The position numbers and the translations under genes were made by a program. From Balanoglossus misakiensis (Eukaryota > Animalia > Hemichordata), in the NCBI GenBank assembly GCA_040954595.2, contig CM082586.2:991630-1055629 (forward strand): a stretch of DNA of 64,000 nucleotides, in the 5' to 3' direction. How positions within the stretch are numbered: the first letter of the stretch is position 1; every line of letters begins with the position of its first letter. The notes beneath the pieces are model-generated. The model was not told where the DNA came from, made no database searches, and saw only the letters and a program-made list of their open reading frames with translations. Of the stretch, positions 25,007-39,200 are shown one piece after another.

Positions 25007-25663
25007 ATGGATGAACTATTGTCCACTGTGGCACCCCCGTGTGTTGGTGATGAATGCATTACAGCATCCTCCAAGTCAAAAGTCTCGCCAGAACTGGTGC
25101 TAGGACTATCGTTGGTGGCGTTTGTGGGTGCCGTCATATTCACAGTCGGGATGTTGATCTTCATCAAAAGGCAGTGTCGAGAGGAAGACAAGCGGACGGA
25201 AGAAGTCATTCGCGAGAAGCAAATGTTCGAAGAGCAAAATGGTGGGATGACAGGGTACAAGTCGGTTAAGAAGCAAAATTTTGCCTTCATCAGCAAGACA
25301 AATTCAGAGGTCATTCTCGGGAGGCGGGCTGCTGCCGGTGACCAACCGAGGCAGTATGTTTCTAGAAATGTCAACATCGCCGCAGAGGGCGATGCAGGAG
25401 ACGACGAACATGTCACTGTTTACAATGATCATGACAATCCGTTATTCACGGCTGATGCCATCATGACAGCTAGCGACTTTGGAATTGGTCAAGCCAATGG
25501 AGCATGCAACGTCGATGATGAAACTATCCAAACTGATCAAAATGATAAAGAGTCAGATGACATTGTCAATGACATTATGAGTCTCGTTCATTCTCTCGAG
25601 AGTGAATCTGCCAGGAGCGTGGCTGGAGATTCAGACGAGCCTCCCCAGGTGACAGTATTGTGA
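25007..25663 (+). CDS. Uncharacterised single-pass (type III-like) membrane protein, 218 aa, single coding exon
   Basis: Longest ORF in the window. First ATG at 25007 after an in-frame TGA; splice acceptor at ~24900 upstream. TM helix LVLGLSLVAFVGAVIFTVGMLIFI followed by KR; acidic tail with DNPLF; C-terminus QVTVL; AATAAA at 26126. Confidence 0.85.
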   Translation: MDELLSTVAPPCVGDECITASSKSKVSPELVLGLSLVAFVGAVIFTVGMLIFIKRQCREEDKRTEEVIREKQMFEEQNGGMTGYKSVKKQNFAFISKTNSEVILGRRAAAGDQPRQYVSRNVNIAAEGDAGDDEHVTVYNDHDNPLFTADAIMTASDFGIGQANGACNVDDETIQTDQNDKESDDIVNDIMSLVHSLESESARSVAGDSDEPPQVTVL

Positions 25664-26372
25664 ATTGAACCCTTCTAGATGATGAATTTTCTAATTTTTA
25701 TACCACCCATGGAAGAGTACTAGTGGCAAACTTGTTGTGATTTAAAACTCGTATATAACAGGAACTGTGCAAACTTTGAACAATTTACTCAGTTTCAACT
25801 GAGCTGCACGTTTTGTGACATGATGCTGTGCCATTCTTAATTTGTTTTACCATATGTATGTACATGTATGTATATTTTCTCCCGAGTGAAGTGTTCATAC
25901 ATCAATTCCAATTCCCTCATATTTGCAAGATCCCAGTGCCTGCATTGGGAATGTGGGACTTATCAGGTTTTTCAGTGGTTGATGGATGTTGTTAAATGCA
26001 TGCTTTCGTGAGATGTATTTTGATTATATAACACAGTTCTGTAGAAGTTTATTCGCTTTTTTGGCTTCCCACAAAACATATTTACTCATAACTGCATTTT
26101 AAAAGTCTGGTCGAGTTTATAAGGAAATAAAACATTTATACATTGTCATACAGGTCTGTCTAGATACACATCTGGATATAAAACTTATTATCAACTTGGG
26201 AATGTTTTGATATTTTCATCAAGTCATCGGAGGAGTGTAAAATGCCTCATGCATGCATACAACAAGATGAGGTCTGATGATAAACGACAAAACCACACCA
26301 AGAGACTCTATTTTCCATTTTAGGGCAAACACGACAAACAGCCAACAATCACATATAATGCTGATTAATAAC

Positions 26373-26424
26373 GAGAGGACATTTTTCTAGAACATTTTGT
26401 GTGAGTCTCATGAAATGTCCTCTC
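26373..26424. repeat. 12-bp inverted repeat
   Basis: GAGAGGACATTT ... AAATGTCCTCTC separated by ~28 nt. Confidence 0.55.
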
Positions 26425-29400
26425 TTACTCATTACCTACCCTAGCTCTTCTGCTATCAAATCCATCGCATCGTGACAAATCTCTCTTCAATATACCTGCT
26501 GAGATGGAATAAACTCCTTACACCCAATTGCAGTTGATGGAAATACATGTATTAAGTTTAAGTTGACCGAGATCTCATTTTAGAATAGAAGTATGAAAGG
26601 TTACTGATGCCACACATAATTTCAAGGAGAGAAAACATTATCACCGCAGCAAGAGTCATGAATTATTATATCAGGAAGGATTTCACCTTTTATGAAAAAC
26701 TAAAAAGACTCCTGCACACTCGCTGTTGATGGTACCACCCATGTTTCTCGTTGTCTCGAATTCAAAGGCTCCATCAACATGGCTGTGTAATACTTCCAAC
26801 AAGGTAAAAGCAGCCTCAGGTGGGTTGAATTTACCACAATTATTGGAGGGCTATACTTTGAAAGTCACCAGTGAAAATAACCAGGACTCCTCCTGCGGGG
26901 GACAAGAAGAACCAGCCGTTAATGGACGCAAGGGGAATTTTATTTTCCATTAGCCAGTAACTCATGCACTAATCCCATGCAGAGAGTTTCCACTTATCTA
27001 AAAACACAGAGTAACTTCTCATACTACTGCAGTGCCAAAGAAAAACAGGCGGTGAGTCCCGTGCAAAAGCGCACCGCGGTCGCCCCATTAGTTGGCACCT
27101 CACAAGCGTTGGATGGAGCGATATTTTCCTCTGAAGCGAATCACATCTAAATATGATGAGGCGGCTTGATGCCCCACTGTTGCCATGCACCATGACGTCA
27201 CCCGCGTAGTATTTTGAAAATCTGCTTGGCCTGCTTGGATTGGAAGCAATTTTAAATTCACATTTTAGACAAATTGCTCTCTCATTCCAAATTTTAGATT
27301 GGAGATGGTTTCGAACACAGACAGGTTAAAACGTCCATTTGATGGTAGAGCAAATGATATATAAAATCTCCACACGAAGCCTTGGGGGTATTTTCAACTT
27401 CGTTGTTAATTTAGAGTCACATGGACAACCTATTGTATGCACTGAAAGTTGTTCAAATGGCCTACTATCTATAGCCGGATCAACTGAGTACTTTTATGAA
27501 TAATACGCGTCTGTCGGGTATATTTCTAAAAGACAGAATATTAACGGATTAAATCAGGCACAATAGCATGTAGTCACAAGGAAATTATTATTTCATGAAA
27601 GCGATGTATGTAGGGAAAAACAGGGGATAACCAATTTCTGATCTTCTTCTTTTTACAAATCCTGCTTGTCAGTTTCAGTTGTTATTCTGTGTACTGTTGT
27701 TACATGATTCTGTTACTTTGTAATATCATCGATTCAGATCTGTAACTTCTGGGAGAAAAAGCGTATTTATCCAAAGTCCGTTTTTGTTGTACTTCTCATA
27801 TGTCAGAGAGTATATCTCTTTCCTCAAATCCCTCGAATGTATTACTTTATGGTAATCTGATGCTTTCCTTGGAAAATGAGGTAGTCGTATTACAAAAAAA
27901 TCATCATTTGTGTGGGACCTTGTTATCTTGAAATATCAAACACGGATATTGTACACTAAAATAACCAAACAAACTACTAATGATTTTTTTCCATAGGTAG
28001 AAAATACATAGTGTTGGAGACACAATTTTAGAAATGAAAATCCGGGAAAAGTCTTCCAGTATTCGCTGTGGCAAAGCTTGCTTGAAGCTTTAATGAGAAA
28101 TAAGGGTGTGAATAGTTTTTAAATCAACAAGATATTTTTTCACGTGGTAGGCACCATCATCAGGGTAGTTAGTTAGGATGACAGTCTTGTGTTTACGCCC
28201 TAAATGACTCTATGATGATATTAATTTTCCCTATTATATAAAAGAAAAAATATGCGGCTTTCATGTTCCAGATGAAATAATTACAGAAAGCGAACAAATG
28301 TTGAATGTGCTTATGAAATTTCTTGTGTGATTGATCTATTATGAACAGAACCTGTGGACAGGCCCGGATAATTATATTAACTGCATTGACGTTACAATCA
28401 CTCATCAGATGTGAACGTCTGGCCGTGAATAGATTTAACAGCGGTGCGTGTGTGATACTATTAAACCAATCGTTACGATACTTTGAACATTTTTCCTACC
28501 GTACATTGGTGACTCCTCCAAATTTAGACGGCGTGTTCAATTGCTTAAATCCAACACACTAGTATTAAACATGTTCACAATTTCACCATACCCTCATTCA
28601 AAAAAGCTAAAAGCCATTAACTATTTTATCAGTCGACCTGTTAATTTTAAAGAGATAAACCCTACATGTAGTAAACATCCCACATTTTAAAGAGTACTTC
28701 ATTGTACTGCTGAAAGTTTGTAATACCCACTTTTGCCACGATTCTTTGTCACGTGGTCTTTGTTACCGATTTGGATGTCTCAACTGTAAAGAACATTTAT
28801 ATTAATTCCTGTATGACTGCTCAGTATGGCCCATGACAGGAGACGAAAGAACGTTTCTTCAATTTTCTTTTCAACATAATTGGTTGTAATGTATGTCAGT
28901 CTGTGCAACCGGGAGAAGAACCCTTTTGTAAACTCTGCGTGTCCTTCGAATTCATCATCCACGTTTCTACGAAAAGATTTGTGTTAATGTTTATACTTCG
29001 CTTCGCTAAGTACAAGCTTATTTCGATAGGTGTCGTGTGAGTTCCCCGAAGTGACGAAACGCAAGGCGACACTTCAAATCGCCGTGGGACATAAAACAAG
29101 GCCTCATAGCAAAACCCAATTAATTCTCACGTCAGTAATGACTTGCTGCTGTGGAACTGTGTTTGCAAAATTAACCGTCAAAACAACGGTAGATCCTTGC
29201 TGTTTTGCTATGCAAGGCCACGTACTTCGCATTCTGCATCGTTGAAGAGCTTGCTCAAACACGCATGTATGACAAAGTTAATGTCTCTTGAAACACGTCA
29301 ATGGCAAATCATTTTGCCTGGCAATCTGCATATCTGAAATGGCTTTGATTGAAAAAAATAAATGACATTCAGGCTTCATATTTCTTTATCAAAGCCGAAA

Positions 29401-31704
29401 TTGTAGATATCACTACACTTTAGACTTAGGACAATTGGTCACTTTGCTGTGTATTTAATTTTTCGGTGATTCCGCACTGGAGTACAACTTTGGTGGCACT
29501 TGCACACAGCAGATCGAGTTGCCTGAACGTACTTCAACACGCGCGGATGCTCATTTTGCGTTCTTAAACGATTTTGTTACTCTGGCACGTTGCTAAGTGG
29601 AGAAATTTTCCATCGATAAAATAGGACTATGTGCAATCAACACTTAAACAAAACTGCACATTTAGTAGCACAGTGCCTCGCTCACTTTGCGGGATGTCCA
29701 TGACACTGTGGAATTGAATGCGAAGATAAATGAACTGTCATGTAAAACGTTTTTTTTTATAAGCTGAGTTTTTGTTGGTAAGGAGATCTATTAAATTTGC
29801 TGGCTCCCCTGAAAATTAGTTTCATATAAACCTTCGTCACCTTTAATGTAGATGTAAAAATCATTATCATTTTTCATCGATCAAATAGGCTACACGCAGT
29901 TCGTACAGTTATTAGGGAAGTACCAGCCATTTTCATTTTATATGTACGAGTAGAGGTGACAGTAATTTGTACGTGAGATTTTCTCTGATGGGAAGACCTG
30001 TGGAGTCTTAATAATGGCCATGCATGCCTGTTCGATCAACTCTACAGTAGCATGAGACTTACACCTCATTTCATATCATAGAACGTTCTTCAAGAAGTTG
30101 TCAGGTATCTTAGAAACAAGTTGGAACCATCACCAGTGAATTTCGTCCTCTGACGCCCTCGGGCCTCACAGCTGCTTCGACATGAACAGCGATTCTCTTC
30201 GCCCAAGACGCGCCGTAATGTCTGGCAAAATTTGCACGATTTTATTAAATGGTTGAACTCCCCAGAGCGAATACAAATCCATAATACAATTATAGAAATC
30301 TGTAAGCATTCAATATTATTAAATCAACGTTAAAAATAGACAACCTGGCGTGTCTTTGATAACTTGTTGCTAAATTGTCGACGTTAAAATTACTCCCCTT
30401 GTTTTTGATGAACCTTTCTGAGAATATTTGTAAGATTTGTTTATATTCTATCTGCCATATAATTTGAAAATATGGTGCGTTTTAAACTGCCTCAAGTAAA
30501 AAATAATCACAAAGTTGTCGACACCATCCAATTTTGTGTACAGGATGCCACAACTGTAACATTCAGGAGAACCATATTGTCTTCTCAATTGATATAGCTT
30601 TAGTTTTGTTTCGTATCATTTGATTCGTTATTTTTGTCTTGTGCACTGACCCAATGCTATATCGATAGTCCTTACAGTAATGTTCTTCTTCAGTTGGTCT
30701 TGAAGATATCGGGCTCTTGAGATAGAAAATCGATTGCAGGCATTATCTCGTGCGTTGTTTGTAAACCGGCATTACAGAGTTAAGGAAGCAGAACAGTGTT
30801 AATAACTTATAGGGTGGAATAGGAAACGACCGAAAAAAAACAATCCTGCAAAATTGTGGCTCTATCCCCTTGCTCTCTGAATCTCATATACAACTCTCAA
30901 TGTTGACGTCATCGAATGAGAGAATATGTCCCCCGCCATACCCTCAAAAAGAACAGTACCCGACTCAGGCTACACGATTTCCTTGCATTTTTATCTCATT
31001 TGGGAGACAAAGGCTTGGGTTTTGCATAAACGATCCCATGATATGCATTATTGATGTTTGCTTGCTGATACCGTCCGGTCTTAGTCATGTGTGTTTGCCG
31101 GAGCTCTGGGCCACCATTAGGAGAAGATCCCATGGTGTTTGATAGCGAAATATACTCCTACATATCCGCATTGAAAGTTTCTCTCGGCTACAGCGGTGGA
31201 AATTCAAGGGACAATAGTGTTGGCAACGATGCATGCACTATGTATCCGGGTTGTGTTTTCACTGAGAATTATATAGCGTTATTCACACGTTATCGAAGGC
31301 GTTAATTTTTTAAAAGTGACGCGAAAACAAAGATGGAATAAAACCTTAATGTCAGTGTTATCAAAACCATGTCGATTCTCACAGGGTATTAGACATTTGC
31401 ACCTATGCAGGTTATATGATGAGTAATGTGTACTTGTGAATGCCGTTCACGATATTGGAACATTACAGACACAGCAACAAATTGCGATAAAGTGTTAGAA
31501 TGGCCAGGTCAAAAATGTTCTATTACGCAATCAATTCGCTTTAAGTGTCACGCACTATTATCATTACTGAAAGTTGTTCGACGGCATGCTGTTACTCAAT
31601 CAAGGTTGGTCATATGGAATGAGACACGACTGTAAATGAGTCAAAGTGTGAATTTCGCAAGGCCAATTGTTATATACAGTCCCTGTGCAGTTTACATGTG
31701 CATT

Positions 31705-31791
31705 GACTGACCTGTCTATAAAGATCATATGCTTATAAAGGCCAGTTCAGTAAAGTCCCTTGACTGGTCACTATGGACAGGTTCAACTGTA
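31705..31791. mobile_element. Tc1/mariner (pogo/Tigger-like) MITE remnant
   Basis: The right end reads TACAGTTGAACCTGTCCATAGTGACCA on the minus strand (TA + CAGT terminus). It matches the left-side gacctgtctataaagatca; the left terminus is degraded. Confidence 0.5.
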
Positions 31792-32345
31792 CCAGAGACA
31801 TGTACCGGTACTGACAGTTTCTTGGACTGTATGGTGACCTTATGAATGATAGAAAGCCTCCATCAGTTGCAATGGTCATTGTTTCGGGTCTCCGAAAGTC
31901 TCCACACTATTTATTCTAGAATGGTGAGTTAAGTCGCACCGGGTTTAACCAGCGAACTGAACTGAAGTAACTTAGCTGCAGAAAGACGTGAAATGTCAGT
32001 GAATTAGATGAGGTGCAATGTTCTGAGTCATGATAGGGTCTGCTGAACAAAAAACCCTAGTTGACGGATGTCTACTACAGAACAAGAAATACCCATTTAC
32101 TTGCTTGGTTCATCACGGCATTCAATGTGCCAACCCTACCGTGTAAATGCTTCTGTAGCACGACGTCTTGCAAGATGTCCCACGCATATCAACCTATGTT
32201 GACAATACTCCACTCCACCATAAAAAAGATATCGTTTCTGATATATATAAGCCTTTAGGCCTAATATTGGTGTAAACTAAACGTTAAAACTCCCCCTTCA
32301 TAATTATTCACATTTTCAGACCATGAAATAGTCTTCATTTCATAT

Positions 32346-32351
32346 TTTATT
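32346..32351 (-). terminator. Candidate polyadenylation signal of the Cys-loop channel gene
   Basis: AATAAA on the minus strand ~880 nt beyond the stop codon, after an AT-rich 3' UTR-like stretch. Confidence 0.4.
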
Positions 32352-33232
32352 CGATATGATATAACAATGTATGTACATGTATAGCAAATTACATGTGGCC
32401 ACACCCTTCAATATAAAACCTTCTAAATCTCAGAAAGTAATAATCGCAATGTAGAGAGAATCAAGTATCATCATCATCATCATCGTCTGCAAATATTCTA
32501 AATTATATGTATATCATTTAAAAGTTAAACTTTAAAAATAATATAATACGTGTGCAAATTGATGTTTTTCAGATCCCTAATATGTACAATGAACAAAGAT
32601 TGGGTGCTGTCAAATTATTACAAAAATATCAGTCAGCAATTACTTTAAGATGCAAATGTGCTATCAGAATACTTACTACTATAAACGTTAGCAGTAACAA
32701 CAAAAGTACAAAAAATACAGGATTCAGATTTTGATAAGTTTCTTATTTGGCAAGAGAAGGCTGTAACCCGTAATTACCCATATTGAGGTAGCGTAACAAG
32801 TTAGGGAATTTCTTTCTAAATTAAAATGGCAATAGTAGAATCAGGTTGTGTAGTAATTGTGTGAGAAGAGAAGTTGGAAATTTTGACGTTCTCATGTAGT
32901 GAGCACACATCATGGATCCATTGACACAATTGGTCATGCCAGATGTCATACGCGATATTTGACCTAACATAGCTTTGAGTATCATTTGGTATGACAACAA
33001 ATATTGTATTCATTTCAAATATTTTTCTTTGTCGTCAAAATGCAAGGTGTATGTGTTAATTGTGAATATAGTATGCCATGTTAAAGACTAGTTAACTCTA
33101 TGTCAGATGACTCTTATATATCGTTGATAATAACGCTGGATTTAGCGTATGTTACCATTCGTCCTTCATATCTTCATGTTGTGAATTCTCCAGCGAAAAG
33201 TAAACAAAAACAGTAAACAAACATAGGCTAAC

Positions 33233-36200
33233 CTATGTAAAGTGCAGGTAGGACAACCAGTAGATCAGATTGAATATAGTAAAACAGACTGGAAAGAGCA
33301 ACCTAGATAATTTGTCAACTTTGTAAGCCATGTGACGTCGTGATGATGTTATACACATGCTTTTGCTGACGATGCCCGATTCGACGCCGTTACTCGGATA
33401 TGTGCCTTCGTTGTTGCAGTTGTCGTTGGGGACATCCTGTTTGTAGACAAACGGTTTGCTCTGCATCTCCTGTAAGAAGGGAAAACATAAACCATATCAG
33501 CTGCTGTTAATTTCCCTTTCAGTGGGCCAACTGGGGAATCCTTCTGTTCAGGATCGCCTAAAAACTAACAGACGAGAATGGCTAAGTAAGTGGGCGGCTC
33601 TTTGAATGAATGTTAGTGCGATATTTACGGTAAGAGTAATGGATATTTCGCGTCAAACATCGATGCTTCAAAACCAGATTCACCCAAAAGGTGGGCTTAT
33701 CGTTGCAACAGAACGATTTATTTTTTTCTTCGGTACAATGGATTTGGCAGGATAGCGAAGAAACTTGTTTTCTGTGGTACGCCAGCGGCGAAGATCATCT
33801 GCTTAACGACTTGCTACATCGCTAAGCTTCCGTTGTCACAGAGAGACAAGGGACCCACCGTGGATGTGCCGTACGGCTATATTTTGAGAAGAAAAAAAAC
33901 ATGTTTTGTTTTCCACCACACTTCAGCGTTGAAGTACTGGCCAGATATGGCAAACATGTACAGATTGTTTCCAGCTGGCTGGACAAAGTACTGTGGGATA
34001 TTCTTTGTGCTATTAATATCTATGAATGAACAAGGCGGTGGTATGTGTCGTTTACTTACCATAGCTTGCTCGAAATCCCCACGCCTTTTACTTTTTTGCC
34101 AACAGTCGAAGAGCTTTATGTGTTCAGGCATCTCATTCGCAGCCAGGTAATTGACGATGGCAAATTCTATCATGGCGGCAAATACAAAGAACATACAGGT
34201 CGTCATCCAGATATCGATAGCCTGAAATGCACAGAAAATTGCAGTAACAATCAAAACTAGGATATTTTATAATAAATGTATTGACACATACATGTATCCA
34301 TGTCCAAATTAAATGATTTGTGAGTCTACTTGTACCTTAGGGTTTATTTATTTATTTGTTTGGTTGGGTGGTTGGTTATTGATGTATGTCAATATATCAT
34401 ATGTCCCAGTGTCTGAAACTTTTTGTGTTCATTTGCATTCTTGGTTAAGCACAGCTGTGCAACCTTTTATAGCTGTTGAGTTTCGATACACAGTGTTATT
34501 CTGAGTCTGAAATTGAAAGCTTGAAGCAGCCATAGTGGACAACCAATCTGCGCAAAGACCTGCGTATACCTCCTGTCTTTGATATTAAATTAAATTAGTT
34601 TCCTTCGGGAAACCAGCCATTGAACAAAGATATTAAAAAGATGAAAAGGCGAAGAGAATAAAACAGCTATGATGTTATCGATCATATTAAACAATTTAAG
34701 CTGCCATCGCGATATTATTTTTTCATTTAATCACAAGCTTGTTTAGCGATTTAGAATTGACACATCGCTTAAATTATAGTACAGGAGTAAACAATAATTA
34801 ATTTGTGATTTAAGATCACTAAAGGACTCATTTATTTCATGTTTGCAGATGTGACAATGTTTAATCGTGCATTCAAGTATATCGCACAAGATTAGCATGT
34901 TATGCATGCACGTGACGTCTTTGACAGCGTTTGATACACCACCCACAGGAAGAAATGTGGTGATTGGAAAACTTTACGGATTAAAAGACACACTCTGCAT
35001 TTTTTACTTTTATCAGTTTCGGATGAATCAAAAGTTTGAGGATAACAAAAATACTGGAAGGGGTATACACCTACTTGAGCATCGACAAGTAAAGCGGAAA
35101 GAAACTCGAGCTGCTTTCCAATTTAATTTTAATGAGAACGCAGATGTATGATGTATGTGTGTTTGAAGGGGATACTTTTGCCATTCTAATCTGGATTAGA
35201 ACGTCGCCATTGATATGATCGCCGCGAGAGTTTCGTGAAACTCTGCTGAAACAACTGAACGTGCAGAGTATTCCCCTGCTGGCAGACGATAGCTTCGAAT
35301 ACATCAAACTTTGTCATAACACGACCGCAAAAGCGGGTACCCAACTACACAACCCTCTTGTCATAAAATGGACCTTCACATTCATAATGTGATAAAAAGT
35401 AACGATATATTGCTTGCCGTTATGTACAGAATAATACAAAGTAACCACCACATTGTTCCTAATGCACATTGTAGCAGTTATACACTTAGCACCGCCGTTG
35501 ACATGGTATCAACTGTGTTCTATGGTGTATCCTATGGGACTCATATACTCAGCCACAGAAGGGACGACACTCACCCTTTAAGGAATACAAACTGACTAGT
35601 TTGGTTCAGACAGAGAGACAGATAGCCACAGCATTTACCTTCAAAACATTGGATTGGTGGGAAGTGGAAACCATCAGTTATTACTATATGCATATATTAG
35701 TCATGTTTGTTGAGTGATTGACTACATCGTACTTGTGAGTTGCTAGGCTAAATAAATTATTAGTTTTGTACGTGAATGCATGATTTATGTTTTCAATTTG
35801 TAAGACAACAGCAAAGCGTACATCTTAATGAATCATTATTTACAAAGCCTAATAACTTTTTCAAGCCGTCATTATCATTATTACTTCAGCATAATGAAGG
35901 CAATTAACAATGATAACCGAAATTTGACAGTACATGTACATGGATCTTAATAACAGTTTAATTGATATTTGATTAAGTCTCCATCTTTGAATTTTCGAAT
36001 ACTAACAATTAAACGCGTGTAGTGAACGTTAACCTTCAGCAATCGTCATTCAAACAGTCTCGACTCATAACAGCAATATCACATAAGGCAATTGTGATGA
36101 GTATTAACATTTTATGTTTATTTATGCTCACAGAGAGAATAGTTATACCATTTCACCTCTCTCTTCAGTATCTCAGCAACAACTCATACTACCACACCCA

Positions 36201-39200
36201 TATTTCTGCTATTCTGACGATGTTGAAGTGACTCGATGTTTCAATAAGACACACAGGCGCATAGAAAGTGGTTTGATGTGACCTACAGTTATGGTGCGAG
36301 CAATTCTTCGTGCATTAAAAGCACGATTTTGATGTCGCTTGGCGGCAGACAAATAATCGCCTAATCAATCGGATTAATTGATGAAAATGGTTCGTTTTTT
36401 AAAACACGCGTAAAAAAAAATAAGGAGCTTGTCATAAGAGCTTTTTCAGTTAACAATTTGTACTCCATTATTCATTTATTACTAATTGTTCATATTGTAA
36501 TAAGTAAGAGCTGCGAGTGCCATCAGAAAAGTAATTTCAAGTTTCTTTTTTCCATTTAAACGTCAGGCCTTGTGCATGACGGCCTTCCTTTGAAGTATGG
36601 CGGTATTTGTTCAGATAAATAATCCATATTTTGTAATTTTCTGTCTGCAAGATATTAACAGCATTTCTACATTTGCCATGCGCCCATAGCACTGTGTGAT
36701 GTTGTGTGTTAAAAATAAATGGTAGAGTTATCCAAAGAAATTATGAACCTCTAAACAAGAATATACTCACCGTAGCATATGATACTTCGAGTGAACCTCT
36801 TGCAATAGATAACTGCGTTGCAGTTGTCAATACTGTGGTGATCCCGAGGGCCACACGACCTGGTGTACAGTCCACTTGCAGCCAGAAGGAGACCCAGGAT
36901 AATATCACAAGAAAGGTGCTTGGAATATAGTTGATCAAAATGTAGTATCCCATCTCACGCTCAAGGTAGAATACAATTTCCAAGTACGATTTATGATTTG
37001 CTGTAGAAATCAATTTGGACATGGGCAGTTAGAAGTTTATACTATTTTTTCACACATAATTGTGGCTTGATGGATGGAGGGACATTGCAAGGCTGGAGGA
37101 ATGGGCAGACAGCAGGCAGACAGACAATATGATTGTTCAGGAATATTCCACTATCGCAGACTTCATCATTGCCATCGAACAAGTAATCAGTCAAAGAACT
37201 AGCAAAGAGATAAAAATCAATCAATCAATCAATCAACCGGTCAATTAATCAATCAGTCGAGCTTGTGATAGAAAACCTGAAACACTTATGAGACATGCCA
37301 TTTTAAAATGTCCCAAAGTTACTTAATTCACATCACAAGGATTTAGAAGTTATTTATACCAATAAATGACATGAAAAGATGAAATGAAGCACCAGCTCCA
37401 GTATGTGTAATTAACTAAACTCTGTCATGTGTAACAGATTTTGCTAGTCAAGCTAAAATCAATAAAAATTGATTGCATGACTGAACAAGATCAATGATGT
37501 AGTCCCCACGTCCAGCTAGAACGCTAAGTGATCATGGATTAATATTGATATTGAACATGCTAAACAAAGGCCACATGGGACGGAAAATCAAATTCCGGCA
37601 TGAATTCTGCAATTCGCAGCAGAAATAGTTACGTCATGGCAATAGAACTGTAGTTCTCATTGTGCACATGTGGTACTAGTTTGAATGTTTTTTTTATAAC
37701 ACAAACATTAGTCTAGCGGAGATATACCCTTAAGGAGTGTGAAAGAAGGTTCTGGATTATGAGTGACCTCCTGAAATTTCTATAACCTTTTGCATTAAGT
37801 CAGGTACGATGGATACACCAACTGTATTATCTAATGCCTTCACAGGCGTTAATTAAATATCGATGGTGCCCCTATACACAGCAGACTGCCCGCGGTCACA
37901 GCATTGCCATAATTCGTATTGTATCGGCTTACTTTACCCGATAACCTCGAGGATAGTGTGGCAATATTCGGGACGTCGACACCACATATCATGGCATAGT
38001 CAGTTAGTTAGTGCCCGCTGGCCCCGGTGGGGAAATACGGCAGCGCAAATGTGTGCACTTCACACCGATTTCAATAGCAATGCCTCGAGCCAGTGGAACA
38101 GTGTTTATTTTGTACCGGTATATGCAACCAAAGGTCTGGATAGGTGTAATTTGAAGGTTGTTGGTGTGTTGATCAAAGCATTTACACCTAAGGCAGTAAT
38201 ATATCTAGACCCAGACTTTTATCCATTATCTGGAGGAATTATGGGAATTCCAAAGTGAGCAATTAAGTGCTGGGGTGGTGTATGTGTCTGCTTGTCTATC
38301 TGTGTCTCTCATAACAGTTATGTTTCATCCATATTCCAACTCTTGCACATGTCGAATAAAAACTGGTATACACTATGTGAATTTAACACTTTATCTGGTC
38401 AGTCCTTTGGAAGTCTTGACACTATTTTGATTTGTGTATAAAATCTATAACTCAAGACATGTGGTAATCAAAGGACAAATCCACATATACTGCTTTTACA
38501 GCAGCAGTCCTGTTCTGGCAGGTATTAATTGGCAAACCTTGAATGTTTGAAATACGACCTACTTTTAGGAATAAGCAATGTCGGTTCTGCGAAAAAGCAC
38601 TTTGGTGTGCACCGCTGGTTGTCATAGGAACTGTTTTATAGTACAAACATAGGATAGTAGAATCTTCGCTCTGTGTACGATTCCAATACATCAATGCCAA
38701 ATATCGGCACCTATACCGGTATTTGCTCTTTATGGATGTTTCAGTCTCAACCCTTTTTTCTTGGATACATTTATTGGGATCTTCAGCACGTTTAGTCCAT
38801 ATATTCGATTCAACTTGTTATTATACTGTTTGAATTTCTACCTTTTTTATTACCTGCTATTCATCAGTTTGACATGACCCTCAACAACCTTAATTATTTG
38901 CTTTCCGGAAAGTATCCATCATACTTTCTTCACATCAAATAAACCAATTCCGTGTAACGAACACCAGTTTGGTATGATTTAGGTATCAGAGTTGCATTCG
39001 AGTTCATCATTAAATGAAGCTTGATCAAGGTGTCTCCCAAATGCATGCCAAATGTAAATTAATCATGATTACAGCCACACATGTGGGTAATCAATATCCA
39101 AGGTGTACACTTGCCCGCATCGTGTTATTAACTCTCGCAATATTAAAATTCCACTGTATTGTTAAAAACATAAATCACTTTTTGTTGAGTGTGACAACGT

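Noticed and set aside
24928-25416. 162-aa minus-strand ORF
   Set aside because: Antisense shadow of the 218-aa membrane protein CDS.
33877-34059. Open frame continuing past the M3 exon donor of the channel
   Set aside because: A consensus GTAAGT donor at 34059 splices in phase to the M4 exon; the read-through would lack M4 and has no support.
37863-38258. 131-aa plus-strand ORF inside a channel intron
   Set aside because: No motif or codon-like signal; adjacent to repeat-like sequence, so probably chance.
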